Origin: a virus | Reading direction: 5' to 3' (one strand) | DNA length: 64,000 nt | IMG/VR virus record: IMGVR_UViG_3300040959_000769 | Span: 32,001-96,000 of that record | Shown: piece after piece, positions 61,557 to 64,000 of the stretch | Numbering within the stretch: position 1 is the stretch's first letter | How the letters are laid out: each line of letters opens with the position of its first letter | The notes under the pieces: generated by a model | What the model was told of the DNA's origin: nothing | The model's database searches: none | What the model saw: the letters and a program-made list of their open reading frames with translations, nothing else | Translations under genes and position numbers: made by a program

Positions 61557-62355
61557 CTTCCATGTACACATTCGTTGAGATTCGGGCAAGGGTAGGGTGT
61601 TCTTGTGGGTCAACCACATTTTCGCAAACATCAGGGTTTGGCGTACCTTGACAATACCACCCCAAGTAAGAGTAGCGCCACCCGCCAGTCACGGGCTGCA
61701 CTTCATGCGCTGCAACATAATTAGACGGGAAGAAAAGCATGTCGCCTTTCTTTATGTCTTCGTGTTTGATATCTAGGTATTCGAAGTTATGAGCACCACC
61801 AGTGAAGTTCGTTCCGTCAAGCTCATCCTCCGACTTGACGTTGTCGTTCAGGTAAGCCACAACCGAAACGCTGTTGCGAGTGGCCAACTGATCACGAGGA
61901 TGAGGCTTGCCGTACTCGTAGTCAGTACTCACATCTGCGTGCATTCCTAAAAACCCGCCAACCGGATAAGCAACAATGTGGCTTTTGATCTTCCACCAAA
62001 TGCACTTACCGGCAATTGGGAACATTTCTAGATACGAGAGAAGACACGCATCTCGGCGCTCCTCAATGTAGTCAAGGACATCAATTACTTCAGAGCGGCT
62101 GTCCTGATGAACGAAACTCCCACGCCACGGCATCTCATCCAACGAATCTTTCTTAAAGAAATATCCGCTCCGATTGATGTAGCCGTCCTCACCAGTAATC
62201 GGGTCAACACCTGGCGTGTACATGGTCTCGCGCTCTGCCTGCAAAACGTCCTTGCAGTATTCACGCATCCAATCCCAGTCAAGGTTGAACACGTTCTCAA
62301 AGAGGACGACACCACCACCGAGGTGTGTACCAACAGGATTATCGCTCATATTCAT
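61525..62355 (-). CDS. P4H-like Fe(II)/2OG oxygenase
   Basis: MHAD...YLND...TGG...AHEVQPVTGGWRY. Confidence 0.85.
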   Translation of the reverse strand: MNMSDNPVGTHLGGGVVLFENVFNLDWDWMREYCKDVLQAERETMYTPGVDPITGEDGYINRSGYFFKKDSLDEMPWRGSFVHQDSRSEVIDVLDYIEERRDACLLSYLEMFPIAGKCIWWKIKSHIVAYPVGGFLGMHADVSTDYEYGKPHPRDQLATRNSVSVVAYLNDNVKSEDELDGTNFTGGAHNFEYLDIKHEDIKKGDMLFFPSNYVAAHEVQPVTGGWRYSYLGWYCQGTPNPDVCENVVDPQEHPTLARISTNVYMEDGYSILPPVG

Positions 62356-63850
62356 GTTCCCCCAGTTCAAGCATGTATCCAACATAGTCGTGGATGCGCT
62401 CAATGATCCGCTTCCGGTCATCGTTATCTCGAAGATGATTGAAACAACCGTAGATGGTGTCAATAGCAAACTGAACCAAGAAATCCTCGGGAGGATCGTG
62501 ACCCCTGAAGCCTTCGTATGTCATGAAAGACAAATTATGGAAGTCCCATGGGCGAAACTGCAAAGGCTGGTGTGGGAACCAATCGGGATAATGCCATGCA
62601 TGTCCGGCGTGCCGCATGTCTGGATGCCAACGCAGATACGCACGAACCTTCTCAATGACTGTCAACGTGTCGTCGTCATTTGGTGCTTGCTTCATGAAGT
62701 CTTGATGCGGAGGGAACCCGCCATGCATGTCCCCGTTGCGAGAAAACAGGAACGACTGACCCTCAAGATCAAACCCTTCCATGTGGGCTTTGCTGTAACG
62801 CATCAAGTTAGCGAAAATTCGATCCTCCGGATCCATCTTCACTGGGTAGACATGGAAGTCCTCGCCAAACGGTTCATTGTCAAAAAACTCTTTCAACTTG
62901 ACGCCACGCTCAGGAATGTTCCCATCCTTGGTGAAGATGAAAAGCGTTACCTTCTGAAATAGACACTCAAGTCCCTCAAGGGCATAGATTCCCTTTGTGA
63001 AGACAAGAGGAATGTGGTCAGGGTTCGGACCTTTTGACTTGTCCTTATCAACGCCAGGGTATGACTGTACGTCACCAAAGTTCTCGTTACCATCAACCTT
63101 GTACTCGGGATCGTAGAAAGGCTTCTCCTTCCCTACCTCTACCCGCTGGAAGACCCTATCCTCTCGCTCCCAGCCATTGTAAAAACCGTGCATTACGGCA
63201 CGATTGTCCCAGATGACTACGTCGCCTTCTTGCCACGTCCACTTGTAACGATTAGCTTCTGTTCGGCAATACTCCTCAACCCAGTCGTAGAGTTCTTCAA
63301 ACCATGGGGTGCTCCCCCCGTCAAGTTGGGTGCCTGGTCCGGTCCAGTAAAGAAGAGTTTCTCCAGTATCCGGATGTGTTCGCAAGGCGGGATGGCTGAC
63401 AACGTCACGTCCTGCGGCTCCAGTCTCCGCCACGAAACGAGCCGTCGGCAGGTGTTCCTTAATGTGCTCAGGACACTCTTCGTACAGATTTACAAGACTC
63501 ACCCAGAATGTGTGACCGAAATCTTTATCAACACGGTAGGTCGTCATATGGATGGAAGTAACCGCAGGAGGAGCTTCCAAGAACGGGTTATCTACATGCC
63601 AGTTCTCTTTCAGAAACTGTTCAGGATCCGTTTTATCTTCAACATTCTTGACCGTTGGGTGATTTACGCCCGCAAGAAGACCACCGTTGAAATCTTCATC
63701 AACTTCGCCTGTGTAGATAGCGTTGACCAGTTTCATGTGCTCCTGGTCGGTTGGGTTCATGCCGATGAAACCAACCATCTTGTTCTTGTTGAAAATCAAC
63801 TTGAAATACTCTGGGTCATCAAGAACTTGCCGGGCAGTGATGCCTCTCAT
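62339..63850 (-). CDS. TauD-like dioxygenase with C-terminal extension
   Basis: WHVDN, HPALRTHPDTG, WQEGDVVIWDNRAVMHG. Confidence 0.88.
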   Translation of the reverse strand: MRGITARQVLDDPEYFKLIFNKNKMVGFIGMNPTDQEHMKLVNAIYTGEVDEDFNGGLLAGVNHPTVKNVEDKTDPEQFLKENWHVDNPFLEAPPAVTSIHMTTYRVDKDFGHTFWVSLVNLYEECPEHIKEHLPTARFVAETGAAGRDVVSHPALRTHPDTGETLLYWTGPGTQLDGGSTPWFEELYDWVEEYCRTEANRYKWTWQEGDVVIWDNRAVMHGFYNGWEREDRVFQRVEVGKEKPFYDPEYKVDGNENFGDVQSYPGVDKDKSKGPNPDHIPLVFTKGIYALEGLECLFQKVTLFIFTKDGNIPERGVKLKEFFDNEPFGEDFHVYPVKMDPEDRIFANLMRYSKAHMEGFDLEGQSFLFSRNGDMHGGFPPHQDFMKQAPNDDDTLTVIEKVRAYLRWHPDMRHAGHAWHYPDWFPHQPLQFRPWDFHNLSFMTYEGFRGHDPPEDFLVQFAIDTIYGCFNHLRDNDDRKRIIERIHDYVGYMLELGEHEYER

Positions 63851-63903
63851 CTTGAAACCGAGGTTGCCTAGTTTCAGTCCTAAGGCGATTCCGCCAAAAC
63901 CTT

Positions 63904-63999
63904 TCATGAAGGCTCCTTCAGTTGTGGGTGACCCTCAAATGCGGGGCCAATACGATTACCGTTTTCGTCTAGCCCAGTTCGGATGCCACCCATCCAAGT
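63904..63999 (-). CDS. 3' end of a gene truncated by the window edge
   Basis: hand translation TWMGGIRTGLDENGNRIGPAFEGHPQLKEPS-stop, ATGA overlap. Confidence 0.5.
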   Translation of the reverse strand, partial: TWMGGIRTGLDENGNRIGPAFEGHPQLKEPS

Positions 64000-64000
64000 C

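Noticed and set aside
53484-63850. TET/JBP-type DNA hydroxylases
   Set aside because: Motifs match PhyH, TauD and P4H subfamilies; I could not see TET/JBP-specific features, so DNA as substrate is not claimed.
1-64000. tRNA, rRNA, integrase, transposase, intron/intein, reverse transcriptase, tail genes
   Set aside because: No cloverleaf or diagnostic motifs recognised by eye. Tail genes presumably lie outside the window. A tRNAscan-SE or Infernal run would be needed to exclude RNAs firmly.

Overview
The window is a 64-kb segment of a large tailed dsDNA phage (HK97-fold capsid). The host is most likely an actinobacterium, judged from a WhiB-family regulator, an LPXTG sortase substrate, a DUF732-like lipoprotein and leaderless promoters. 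Layout: (1) 0-10 kb, divergent early/accessory region with a MoxR AAA+/vWA pair, many small ORFs, a repeated sigma70-type promoter plus conserved leader, and a second 27-bp repeated motif; (2) 10.4-14 kb, replication initiator and helicase-loader-like genes, RHH-like regulators and WhiB, centred on a very sharp strand-composition inversion at ~11,590; (3) 14-23.7 kb, phosphoesterase, 2OG oxygenase, surface/secreted Thr-rich proteins, endolysin and holin-like genes; (4) 23.7-43.2 kb, minus-strand head module (portal-MuF fusion, prohead protease, ~14 kb of interposed genes including a 2419-aa kinase-domain protein, major capsid protein); (5) 43.3-53.5 kb, plus-strand terminase large subunit, recombination genes, dCMP deaminase, ParB and IbrAB-like genes and a glycosyltransferase; (6) 53.5-64 kb, dense cluster of Fe(II)/2OG oxygenases with a glutathione-peroxidase-like gene. 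I saw no tail genes, integrase, tRNA or CRISPR array. All family assignments come from motifs read by eye, not from database searches.
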